From positions 2,240,001-2,304,000 of the forward strand of contig OY970218.1 of NCBI GenBank assembly GCA_963713975.1: DNA of 64,000 nucleotides. The letters run 5' to 3'. A program made the translations under genes and the position numbers. How positions within the stretch are numbered: position 1 is the stretch's first letter; every line of letters starts with the position of its first letter. Below are positions 27,413 through 36,125 of this stretch, one piece after another. The stretch comes from an uncultured Chloroflexia bacterium (GTDB lineage: Bacteria > Chloroflexota > Limnocylindria > Limnocylindrales > CSP1-4). The notes below the pieces were generated by a model, which ran no database searches, was not told the DNA's origin, and saw nothing but the letters and a program-made list of their open reading frames with translations.

Positions 27413-27627
27413 CGGGGGTTGACCCGGCACCCGCGCCGCCGGAACTGCGAGCCAGGGGTCTCGCCGCAGCCCCGGTCGCCCTCAACCCGAGCGTCGTCCG
27501 GACGACCGTTGGCGGCGTCCTCGTGGACCCCGCGACCCGCCCCTGCCCGGTTCCGGTCGGCTCTGACGTCTGGCTGCGGATGCTGGGCACCGGGCGCGTC
27601 GAGGTTGACGCGGAGGCCCTGTGGTGA
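27409..27627 (+). CDS. 72-aa protein paralogous to the C-terminal tail of the relaxase
   Basis: GTGA overlap; TTVGGVLVDPATRPCPVPVGSDVWLRMLGTGRVEVDAEALW aligns with relaxase TTLAAVLHDPRPRRCSTPVGSDAWIELLAFGGAEDTAEALA. Confidence 0.6.
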   Translation: MTGVDPAPAPPELRARGLAAAPVALNPSVVRTTVGGVLVDPATRPCPVPVGSDVWLRMLGTGRVEVDAEALW

Positions 27628-27884
27628 GGCGCGAGTCGCTCACCCCGTCCGAGCGGGTTATGCGCGCCCGGATGGCCGCGTACACGCTCCATGCCCGCCA
27701 CGACCCGCGCGAGACGACGAAGGCGGCGCGGCGCGCCTTCAACCAGCGCTTCCTCGACGAGGTCGACCCCGAGCGCTGTCTCCCAGGGCCGGAGCGTCTC
27801 CGCCGCGCCGACGCCGCGAGGCGGGCATACTTCACGCGGCTGGCCTACCTGTCGGCGCGGAAGCGGCGAAGAGCCAGCGGGTGA
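27621..27884 (+). CDS. Small basic helical protein of integrative elements
   Basis: LTPSERVMRARMAAY...RFLDEVDPE...ERLRRADAARRAYFTRLAYLSARKRR; resembles hypothetical proteins of actinobacterial integrated elements (recalled, not searched). Confidence 0.7.
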   Translation: MVRRESLTPSERVMRARMAAYTLHARHDPRETTKAARRAFNQRFLDEVDPERCLPGPERLRRADAARRAYFTRLAYLSARKRRRASG

Positions 27885-27897
27885 TCCGCAACTTGAT

Positions 27898-28734
27898 TTA
27901 CGGTTCGGCGGGGGAGAGACGCCGCAGGAGCTGCTCGACGCGGGCGAAGGCCAACGCCTGGACCCGATCGGCCTCCGGGCTTCCCAGCGGCACCCTCCGG
28001 TACATGGCGACACTCGCCGGTCCGATCGCGTCGATCGAGGTGAACTTGTCCGCGAGGATGCGCACGGCCTTCATCACGGGGTCGACGGCTGCCATGGCGG
28101 CGATCCCGGCGGCCACCTCGCCGATGCCGATGTGGCTCAAGAGATAGTCGATGTCGTACGCGTCCTTCGGCTTGTCGCGCTGGCCCATCGCGAGCGCCTT
28201 CAGGATCACGAGCGCCGACGGTGTCGCGACACGGACGGAGACCCGATTCTGGCGCCCGTCCGGCAGCAGACCTGCGATCTCCTGATCGACGAAGGCGGTG
28301 CGGACGAGCTCGGCGCCCTCCGTCCGCCGCGCCAGCGGCTCGCCGCCGATCCGTTCGTGGCGATGGCCAGCCCCGCCCCGGGGCGTGACTGGGGCGAGCA
28401 GGTCAACCTCGACATCGATCGTCCGCTCGTCGAAACGGACCGACCGCAGCCACCGGAAGGGCTGGTCAAGCTGGGTGTAGCCGCGATCGCGGAGGAGCTC
28501 GGCGATCGTCCGATAGGCATCGTCGGGGACGCCGATCGGGTCGACCACCAGGTCGACATCAAGCGTACCGGCGTAGGGATCGTCCGGCTGGTCTCCGGTG
28601 AGCAGTGGGGGAGCGCTGCCGCCGACGATCGTCATCGCGTCGGCGAAGCCCGCCAGGATCGTCCAGAGCTCGAGCAAGACGCGCTGCGCCGCTACGACCG
28701 ACGCCGGGTCGTCGCGGGGATCTACCGCGGCCAC
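27898..28734 (-). CDS. AbiEii-like nucleotidyltransferase toxin
   Basis: IVGGSA...GTLDVDLV NTase motif and LKALAM..RDKPKDAYDIDYLL; GTG 28734 overlaps the antitoxin end. Confidence 0.82.
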   Translation of the reverse strand: MAAVDPRDDPASVVAAQRVLLELWTILAGFADAMTIVGGSAPPLLTGDQPDDPYAGTLDVDLVVDPIGVPDDAYRTIAELLRDRGYTQLDQPFRWLRSVRFDERTIDVEVDLLAPVTPRGGAGHRHERIGGEPLARRTEGAELVRTAFVDQEIAGLLPDGRQNRVSVRVATPSALVILKALAMGQRDKPKDAYDIDYLLSHIGIGEVAAGIAAMAAVDPVMKAVRILADKFTSIDAIGPASVAMYRRVPLGSPEADRVQALAFARVEQLLRRLSPAEP

Positions 28735-29768
28735 AGCTCGCCTCGTTCGCGCATGAAGGCGGCCGCCTCGGCGGAGGCACCGCCTCGCCGGACGAGATCC
28801 ACGTACAGCTGCGGCCGACTCGCGAGCATCAGGCCGTCGCGTTCGAAGCTGCCGTCGAGGGCGCCGCCGTCTGTCGGCCGGATCAGGATGACATTCCCGC
28901 CGCGCGCGACCGGTGTGAGCTGGAGGGCTTCGTCCCATGGTGCGAAATCGGTGACGTACAGCTCCACGCGGGCGAACCGAGTGAACGGCGCGAGCCGATC
29001 CGCGGCGGCCTCAGCCGTGATCGCATAGCGCGGCGGATCGTCCAGCGCGCGGATGGCCCTCAGGATCGCCTCCGGGCCGCCGATGATCGCGACATGCTCC
29101 AGGATGGCATCACCGGGCGCGGGAGCCGCCGCCCAGGCCTTCAGCAGGGCGTCGCGATCGCTGAGGCGGCTCGCTCCCCGCGCTCGATCGAGGTACGCGT
29201 TGCGCGCCAGCGTCTTGAAGGTCCGGCTCACGAAGCCCTGCGTGAGGCCCGTGCGGGCGGCCATGTCGGCGAGGGTCCATGAGCGATCGGGCTGGATCAG
29301 CAGCCAGCGCACGACTCGGAGGGCGGCGCCTGAGAAGGGGTCGGCGACGTACCGCGTGCCCGGCGCATCGGCGTCGCGGCGCGTCGGCCGGCGGCCCAGG
29401 CGCTCGATGAACAGGCTCCCGAGCACGATCCGACAGTCGCCGTCGGGCTCGATCCAGCTGATGCCTGCGTCTTGGAGGATCTCGCGAGCGCGCGCGCCGA
29501 GGACGGGCGCGACGAGGATGGCCGCACCGCATCGCTGGAGCCAGGGAACGAGCCGCGCGACCACGGCGGGCTCGGCCCGAGCCTGGAACTCCACGCACGC
29601 CGTCGACCGTTCACCCGAGGGCGCGGTCAGATCGAGATAGGCGTCGGTCCTGGCGTCCGCAGATCCATCGCCCGATCGCACGGCCATCGCCCAACCCGGC
29701 GGAAGGATGGCCCCAACAGCCTGTTCGAAGGCTTGTGCAAGCGCGGGATTGAGTTGCAGTTCTACCAT
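28722..29768 (-). CDS. AbiEi-like type IV antitoxin / regulator
   Basis: Central HTH WTLADMAARTGLTQGFVSRTFKTL, YAITAEAAA, GGNVILIRP, ASRPQLYVDL..RGG..AEAA. Confidence 0.8.
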   Translation of the reverse strand: MVELQLNPALAQAFEQAVGAILPPGWAMAVRSGDGSADARTDAYLDLTAPSGERSTACVEFQARAEPAVVARLVPWLQRCGAAILVAPVLGARAREILQDAGISWIEPDGDCRIVLGSLFIERLGRRPTRRDADAPGTRYVADPFSGAALRVVRWLLIQPDRSWTLADMAARTGLTQGFVSRTFKTLARNAYLDRARGASRLSDRDALLKAWAAAPAPGDAILEHVAIIGGPEAILRAIRALDDPPRYAITAEAAADRLAPFTRFARVELYVTDFAPWDEALQLTPVARGGNVILIRPTDGGALDGSFERDGLMLASRPQLYVDLVRRGGASAEAAAFMRERGELWPR

Positions 29769-29831
29769 TGCTGGCTACTGTACCACAGCGGTATATATAG
29801 GTACTCCAGTAGATGTCCAGTCCTGACGACG

Positions 29832-30779
29832 CTAGATCCGATCTCCCGGGCTCCGCTTCCGGTATGCCTCACGTGCCCGCTCGTCGGCCGCCGAGGCGCC
29901 GTAGCGGCTGAGCATCTGGCGGCTCTTCCAGCCGGCGAGGCGCATGAGGTCGCCCTCCGTGCCGCCGTCGGCGAGCCACATGTGGGCATAGGTGTGGCGG
30001 AACTGGTGGGGGTGGAGGCTGGGCAGCCCGGCCACGGCGCCGCGGCGCCTGAGCACCTGGAGGACGCCGCTGTCGGTCAGGACCCCGCGGGCGCCCAGCC
30101 ATAGCTCGTCGCGGCCGGCCTGCGAGTGCGACGCGCGGGCCCGCAGGTAGCGATCGATCGCCTGGGCGGTCTTGCTCCCGAACGGGCAGGCCCGGGGACG
30201 GCGGCCCTTGCCCAGCACGATCGCCACCCCCTCGTCAAGATCGACGTCCGCCAGGCGCAGGCCCGTGATCTCGCCCCGGCGCATGCCGGTGTCGAGCAGC
30301 ATCCGGACCAGGGCGGTGTCTCGCCGGGCTTCGAAGCCCGTCCCGGCGCAGGCGTCGAGGATGGCCTTGATCTGCTCCGGTCGCAGGATCGGCGGCGGTT
30401 CCTCGGGCACGATCGGCGGGGTCATCCTGGCCATCGGTGACTCGCGGACCTCGTCCTCCGAGACGGCCCACTTCCAGAACGCCTGCAGGCAGCGGTAGGC
30501 GAGTGAGACGGTCGCGGGTCGTGCCCCGCCGTCCTGGAGGGCAACGAGGAAGGCCTCGATGTGCTCGCGCCGGAGCCCCTCGAGCGAGGCGGGCATGCCG
30601 CGCTCGGCGAGGAACGCATCGAACCGGGTGGCCGCGTCGAGATAGGTCTTGATGGTGGCCGGGCTGCGGTTCGCAGCGCGCAGGCTCAGGCGCCAGCTGT
30701 CGATGGCGGACCGGAGCCCGAGGCGTGGCGGCCCGGCCGCCTCCGTTATAGTGGTCCTGGTGCTCGTCGGTCTGACCAC
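29832..30779 (-). CDS. Tyrosine recombinase/integrase (intact)
   Basis: DTGMRRGE (R), GKG (K), HQFRH (HxxR), AGW, SRY (Y); divergent from the tRNA. Confidence 0.95.
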   Translation of the reverse strand: MVRPTSTRTTITEAAGPPRLGLRSAIDSWRLSLRAANRSPATIKTYLDAATRFDAFLAERGMPASLEGLRREHIEAFLVALQDGGARPATVSLAYRCLQAFWKWAVSEDEVRESPMARMTPPIVPEEPPPILRPEQIKAILDACAGTGFEARRDTALVRMLLDTGMRRGEITGLRLADVDLDEGVAIVLGKGRRPRACPFGSKTAQAIDRYLRARASHSQAGRDELWLGARGVLTDSGVLQVLRRRGAVAGLPSLHPHQFRHTYAHMWLADGGTEGDLMRLAGWKSRQMLSRYGASAADERAREAYRKRSPGDRI

Positions 30780-30905
30780 GGGTTCTGCGTCCTCAGCGTA
30801 ATATTGCGCTCATCGGGAACTCGAAACTGGTGAGAGTTATACGCTGCGAGAGCGCTGTGGTCAAGCCGGAATACAGTTAGACGCTGTAGTGGAGCACGAA
30901 ACCGA

Positions 30906-30981
30906 GCGGGAGTAGCTCAGCTGGCAGAGCGGCAGCCTTCCAAGCTGCATGTCGCGGGTTCGATCCCCGTCTCCCGCTCCA
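30906..30981 (+). tRNA. tRNA-Gly (TCC), CCA encoded
   Basis: 76-nt cloverleaf: acceptor GCGGGAG/CTCCCGC, anticodon arm GCAGC-CTTCCAA-GCTGC, T-loop GGTTCGATCC. Confidence 0.97.
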
Positions 30982-31075
30982 ACCCCTTTCCCGATGACGC
31001 CCGATGACGCCCGAGCGCGCCCGCGGAGTCGGCGGACCGACTAGCCTTGTGCGAGTCGCAGGGAGGAAGGTCGTC

Positions 31076-32296
31076 ATGCCGCTGCCCGACCGGGTCGCGC
31101 TGTTCACGAACGAGTACCCGCCGTACGTCTACGGCGGCGCGGGCGTCCACGTCGAGTACCTGAGCCGCGAGCTCGCGAAGCTGGTGCCGGTCGAGGTCCG
31201 CTGCTTTGGTGACCAGAACGTGGACGAGCCCAATCTCCGCGTGAAGGGCTACGGGCCCTGGGACGAGGCGGCCCAAGACACCGACCCGCGCTTCCGCGGC
31301 GCCCTTGACGCCTTCCAGCGCAACCTCGCGATGGCCAAGGACACCCTCACCGCGGACGTGGTTCACACCCACACCTGGTACGCCGACATGGCCGGGCTCC
31401 TGGCCAAGCGCCTATGGGGCATCCCGCTCGTCGTGACGACGCACTCGCTGGAGCCCCTGCGCCCGTGGAAGGTCGAGCAGCTGGGCAATGCCTACCACCT
31501 GTCGAGCTGGATGGAGCACACGACGATCCTCGACGCCGACGCGATCATCGCGGTCTCGCAGGAGACGAGGGCCGATGTCCTGCGCTTCTTCCCGGTGGAC
31601 CCCGATCGGCTCCACGTCATCCACAACGGGATCGACCTGCACCAGTACCGCCCTGACCCGGGCACGGGCTTCCTCGAGCAGTACGGCGTCGATCCCGACC
31701 GTCCGTTCGTGCTGTTCGTCGGCCGGATCACCCGCCAGAAGGGGATCATCCACCTCGTCAACGCGATCCCCGACATCGACCCGTCGCTGCAGGTGGTGCT
31801 GTGCGCGGGAGCGCCGGACACGGCCGAGATCGGGGCCGAGATGGCGCAGCGGGTCGCCGAGGTCAGCACGGGCCGCGCCGATGTGATCTGGGTTCGCGAG
31901 ATGGTCCCGCGGGAGGCGGCGATCCAGCTCTACTCGCACGCGGCGGTGTTCTGCTGCCCGTCCGTGTACGAGCCGTTCGGGATCATCAACCTCGAGGCGA
32001 TGGCATGCGAGACCGCCGTCGTCGCGTCGGCGGTGGGCGGGATCCCCGAGGTGGTGGTCCCCGAGGAGACGGGCCTCCTGGTCGATCCGCGGATCCTCCC
32101 GGGCACGTTCGACCCGACCGATCCGGCGGCGTTCTCGGCCGATCTCGCCACGGCGATCAACCGCGTGGGGCTGGACGAGGCGCTGCGGGAGCGGATGGGC
32201 CTCGCCGGCCGACGCCGCGCCGAGGCGCACTTCAGCTGGGCGGCGATCGCACGCCAGACGCTGGAGCTGTACGGCTCGCTGCTGGGCCGTCCGTAG
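31076..32296 (+). CDS. glgA: GT4 glycogen synthase (actinobacterial GlgA/GlgM type)
   Basis: TNEYPPYVYGGAGVHVEYL, HSLEPLRPWK, FVGRITRQKG, CPSVYEPFGIINLEAMAC; GGAGG RBS. Confidence 0.92.
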   Translation: MPLPDRVALFTNEYPPYVYGGAGVHVEYLSRELAKLVPVEVRCFGDQNVDEPNLRVKGYGPWDEAAQDTDPRFRGALDAFQRNLAMAKDTLTADVVHTHTWYADMAGLLAKRLWGIPLVVTTHSLEPLRPWKVEQLGNAYHLSSWMEHTTILDADAIIAVSQETRADVLRFFPVDPDRLHVIHNGIDLHQYRPDPGTGFLEQYGVDPDRPFVLFVGRITRQKGIIHLVNAIPDIDPSLQVVLCAGAPDTAEIGAEMAQRVAEVSTGRADVIWVREMVPREAAIQLYSHAAVFCCPSVYEPFGIINLEAMACETAVVASAVGGIPEVVVPEETGLLVDPRILPGTFDPTDPAAFSADLATAINRVGLDEALRERMGLAGRRRAEAHFSWAAIARQTLELYGSLLGRP

Positions 32297-32334
32297 CACG
32301 CCGGACCTAGGCCCGGCCGAGGCCCGCGGATCCG

Positions 32335-33069
32335 TCAGTCCGCCTCGCCGATCTCGTAGACCTGGAGCCGGCGGATGGCGACCGCCAGGGCGACGGCGAG
32401 GACGGCGATCGACAGGACGACCGCCGTGGCGCCGCCGATGAGCTCGCCCGAGGCAGCCCCGGCGCCGCCGGCGATGGCGTCGGCGATGGACATGGCGTAC
32501 TCGTGGATGCTGAACATCCGCGTCCCCTCGAACAGGCCGGCCAGCACGCCCTCCCACACGAGGACGTAGATCAGCCCGATCGCGAGTGCCCGGGACGTGA
32601 CCAGACTGAGGGCGAGGAACACCGTCGCGTACAGGGCCGCCGCGACCGCAGCGCCGACCCCGAACCCTGCCGCCGTCGCGAGGCCGGAATCGCCGCTCGA
32701 CAGGATGGCCGCGGCAATGAAGGCGGCCGGCGCCGTGACCGCCACCGCCAGCCCCGCCGCGACCGCCGTCTTGGCGACGACGATCCGCCAGCGCTCGATC
32801 GGCTTGGCGATCAGGTAGATGGCTGTGCCGTCGTCGATCTCGGACCCAAGGGCGGCGGTGCCGAACACGAGGGCGACCAGCGGCACGAGGGTCGAGATGG
32901 CCAGCCCGTCCATGAGCGTGTCGGTGACCGGCTCGAGGTTGGACACCCGCCCGGACACCCTGACGAGCAGCGCGATCAGGATCGGAAGCGCCGCGAGCAA
33001 CGCGACCAGCAGGCTCCGCCGGCGACCGGCCAAGGCACGCACGGTGAGCGCCGCGATGACTCGGATCAC
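32335..33069 (-). CDS. ABC-2 type permease
   Basis: 6 TM helices, GSEIDDGTAIYLIAKPIERW motif. Confidence 0.88.
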   Translation of the reverse strand: MIRVIAALTVRALAGRRRSLLVALLAALPILIALLVRVSGRVSNLEPVTDTLMDGLAISTLVPLVALVFGTAALGSEIDDGTAIYLIAKPIERWRIVVAKTAVAAGLAVAVTAPAAFIAAAILSSGDSGLATAAGFGVGAAVAAALYATVFLALSLVTSRALAIGLIYVLVWEGVLAGLFEGTRMFSIHEYAMSIADAIAGGAGAASGELIGGATAVVLSIAVLAVALAVAIRRLQVYEIGEAD

Positions 33070-34049
33070 CGGCGCACCAGGTAGCCGAAGACGCTCTCGA
33101 GGTCCTCGTCGGTCGGACGGACCTCGAACAGGGTGAGACCGGCGTCGCGGGCGACAACGGCCAGCGAGCGCGCAAACCCCAGGAAGTCCGACGTGCGGAC
33201 CGACAGCCGGCCCGCGCTCAGCTCGACGCCGTACACCGCCGGGATCGCGACCAGCACCGCCGCCAGACGGCGATCGTCCGAGGACTGGATCGTGAAGGTG
33301 TGCGGCCGGTCGGTCATAAGTCGCCGGATCTCCCGGAAGTCGCCTGACGCGGCGAGACGCCCGGCGACGATGACCAGCACGTCCTGGGCCAGCCGCTCCA
33401 CCTCCTCCAGGATGTGGGAGCTGAACAGGATCGTGCGGCCCTCGCCGGCCATCCGGCTGAGGAGATCCATCATGTGCAGTCGCTGGCGAGGGTCCATGCC
33501 GTTGAACGGCTCATCGAGGAGGAGGATCGAGGGCTCGTGGACCAGCGCCCCGGCGATCTTGATGCGCTGGCGCATGCCCTTGGAATAGGTCCCGATCGCC
33601 CGGTCGGCGGCGTCGCCCATGTCGACCGTCGCGATCGCCCGGTCGGCGGCAGCACCAGGGTCGGGGAGTCCCTGGAGCCGTGCGTTGAGCAGGGCGAAGT
33701 CGCGCCCGGTGAGGAACGGATAGACGGCCTCGCGCTCAGGGACGAGCCCGATCCGCCGGTAGATCGCGGGATCGCGCCAGGCCGGTTGGCCGGCGATGAC
33801 GACCCGTCCCGCCGATGGCTTGAGCAGCCCCGACATCAGGTGGAGGAGCGTGGACTTCCCGGCGCCGTTGGGTCCCAGCAGGCCGGTGATCCCGGGCTTG
33901 AGGGTGAACGAGATGTCGTTGACCGCCACGACGTTGCCATACCAGCGCGACACGTCCTGGAGCTCCACGGCGGCGTCGGGGTCGAGGGCGCGCGGGGGGC
34001 TCCCCCCGGGCGTTCCCCAACCCGCCAGCCGCGGATCGCCGGCCGTCAC
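33066..34049 (-). CDS. ABC transporter ATP-binding protein
   Basis: GPNGAGKS, YSKGMRQR, LLLDEP; GTG 34049 overlaps the upstream stop. Confidence 0.92.
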   Translation of the reverse strand: MTAGDPRLAGWGTPGGSPPRALDPDAAVELQDVSRWYGNVVAVNDISFTLKPGITGLLGPNGAGKSTLLHLMSGLLKPSAGRVVIAGQPAWRDPAIYRRIGLVPEREAVYPFLTGRDFALLNARLQGLPDPGAAADRAIATVDMGDAADRAIGTYSKGMRQRIKIAGALVHEPSILLLDEPFNGMDPRQRLHMMDLLSRMAGEGRTILFSSHILEEVERLAQDVLVIVAGRLAASGDFREIRRLMTDRPHTFTIQSSDDRRLAAVLVAIPAVYGVELSAGRLSVRTSDFLGFARSLAVVARDAGLTLFEVRPTDEDLESVFGYLVRR

Positions 34050-34930
34050 GCCTCGATCCTCCGATAGCGCCAGACCAGCCCGACCGTGGACAGGATGGCG
34101 ACGGCCACCGCACCGAGCGCCAGGGCCCAGGCCGGGACATCGGATCCGAGAGCGGCCTCGACGCTCGGCCGGATGCCGAAGAACCACGCGTTGACCCCGT
34201 CGAGCAGCGAGCCGATGTCGGCCAGGATGATCCAGTCCGACAACCCGCCGGAATCCAGGGCGATCACGATCGCCGCGACGATCCCGGGGATGATGAACAC
34301 GCCGAAGATCGCCGCCGTCGCATAGGCCCGGCGCGGCGTGAATGACGCGACCAGCAGGGCCACCGCCGCCAGCGTGAACGCGATCACGACCGATGAGCCG
34401 ACCGCCGCCGGCAGGACGGCCGCCTCCTCTCCGAGCGCCTTGGCGATGTCGGGGTCGATCAGGATCGTCCCGGCCCCGAGCAGGACGTGGGGCACGATCA
34501 GGATCGTCAGGACCCCGATGGTCATGGCGGCGAGCTTGGCGAGGGCATAGTCGGTCCGCCGCAGGGCGCGCGAGAAGTACAGGGTGAGGACCCGGTACCG
34601 CTGGTCGCGGCCGAGCAGCTCGGGCGCCTGCGCCGCGACGAACAGCAGCGGGAACACCGAGATGGCCGCGTACAGCCCGTCATGGCCGGGAATGCCCGGG
34701 ACCTCGCCGACATCGATCTGGGCCCCGATGGCACGGATGGCGACGAGGATGAGGGCGGTCAGCGCAGGGAAGCCGACGCAGACGACGGGCAGGATCTTCG
34801 CCCGTCCGCTACGGCCGAGGCCGAAAACGCTCCGGGTCGCGTGACGGACGAGGGTCGAGACGGCGTGACGGCGGCCGAGCCGCGGTCCGTCGTAGCCGCG
34901 GTAGCCGATGTCGTAGATGCTGCCGCTCAT
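34046..34930 (-). CDS. ABC-2 type permease
   Basis: IYDIGYRGYDGPRLGR, RDQRYRVLTLYFSRAL, multiple TM helices. Confidence 0.88.
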   Translation of the reverse strand: MSGSIYDIGYRGYDGPRLGRRHAVSTLVRHATRSVFGLGRSGRAKILPVVCVGFPALTALILVAIRAIGAQIDVGEVPGIPGHDGLYAAISVFPLLFVAAQAPELLGRDQRYRVLTLYFSRALRRTDYALAKLAAMTIGVLTILIVPHVLLGAGTILIDPDIAKALGEEAAVLPAAVGSSVVIAFTLAAVALLVASFTPRRAYATAAIFGVFIIPGIVAAIVIALDSGGLSDWIILADIGSLLDGVNAWFFGIRPSVEAALGSDVPAWALALGAVAVAILSTVGLVWRYRRIEA

Positions 34931-36042
34931 GACCCCGCTCCCGGGGGAGGGGGCGGCGGGGGCGGCGCCAGCGGCTGGTCCTGCGGAGGCGTCGTCGAGG
35001 GGCCCAGTGCGGGCGCCACCGGATGCGCGATCGGGGCCGCGACGGATGGCGCGATCGGGGCCGTTCGGCCTCGGCCGGCCGTGCCTTCGTCGCCCCGGTC
35101 CTGGTCGCGGAACAGGTCCTCCAGGCTGTGCCGGCTGCGCGTGATCCGGACGAGCGGGAGTCCCAGGTCTGCCACGACATCGCGGATGGCGTCGTACGGG
35201 GCGGTGTCGTCGAGCACGATTCGGACCTCGCGGCCATCTCCGGCACCCGCCGGGGCGAGCACCCGCACGCCGCGTTCCACCAATCGGTCGGCCAGGGCGT
35301 CGCGCCCTTCCTCGACCTCCACGCTCAGGACGCCGGTCTCGGTCGTGAACTCGGACAGCGGCGCAGCGCGGAGGAGGCGCCCGGCGTCGATGGCCACGAG
35401 ATAGTCGCAGACCTCCTCGATCTCGCCGAGCAGGTGGCTGGCCAGGATGATCGCGATCCCGAACTCGTGGCCAGTGCGACTGATGAGCTCGAGCATCTCG
35501 TCGCGACCCGCGGGGTCCAGGCCGTTGGTGGGCTCGTCGAGCAGGAGCAGCCGCGGGTCGTGGACGAGCGCCTGGGCAAGCTGGACGCGCTGGCGCATGC
35601 CGGTCGAGTAGCCACCGATCGGCCGGTAGCGCTCCTCGTACAGGCCCACGTGCCGCAGGACGTCGGAGGTCCGCTCACGGGCGGCCGCCCGGGGCAGGCC
35701 GGACAGCTGGCCCAGGTGGGCGACGAGCTCGGTCGCGCTGATGTCCGGCGGAAGGGCGTTGTGCTCCGGCATGTAACCGACCCAGCGGCGGAGCTCGGTC
35801 CCGCGGGTCGTGGGGTCCATGCCCAGGACGGCGACCTCGCCGCTCGTGGGCGGCAGGAGGCCGAGCAGGATCTTGATCAGGGTCGACTTGCCGGCGCCGT
35901 TCGCGCCGACCAGGCCCACGATCCCCGGCGCGAGCTCCAGCGTGAGGGCGTCGAGCGCGGTGACGCTGGTGAAGCGCTTCGTGAGCGTATCGGTGCGGAC
36001 GATCGGAGCACCGTCGTCTGGAGCGATCCGTTGGGCCGTCAC
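34927..36042 (-). CDS. ABC transporter ATP-binding protein
   Basis: GANGAGKS, YSTGMRQR, LLLDEP; Pro-rich tail. Confidence 0.92.
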   Translation of the reverse strand: MTAQRIAPDDGAPIVRTDTLTKRFTSVTALDALTLELAPGIVGLVGANGAGKSTLIKILLGLLPPTSGEVAVLGMDPTTRGTELRRWVGYMPEHNALPPDISATELVAHLGQLSGLPRAAARERTSDVLRHVGLYEERYRPIGGYSTGMRQRVQLAQALVHDPRLLLLDEPTNGLDPAGRDEMLELISRTGHEFGIAIILASHLLGEIEEVCDYLVAIDAGRLLRAAPLSEFTTETGVLSVEVEEGRDALADRLVERGVRVLAPAGAGDGREVRIVLDDTAPYDAIRDVVADLGLPLVRITRSRHSLEDLFRDQDRGDEGTAGRGRTAPIAPSVAAPIAHPVAPALGPSTTPPQDQPLAPPPPPPPPGAGS

Positions 36043-36125
36043 GGGTTCATGGTACCCGGCGACGATGCGGTCGCCGCCGTGGCCATCGGTCGGCGGCCGT
36101 CGCCTCCAGCGCCGCGGGCAGTCAG

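Larger units (their letters stand above)
17025..30944. mobile_element. ~13.9 kb integrative element at tRNA-Gly(TCC)
   Basis: 39-bp flanking direct repeats, intact integrase next to the tRNA, Replic_Relax-like gene, AbiE pair, shared CAGCG..TAAC motifs inside both ends. Confidence 0.85.

Noticed and set aside
30991-31014. CCGATGACGC tandem duplication after the tRNA
   Set aside because: Only two copies and no match seen at the other element end; likely slippage.
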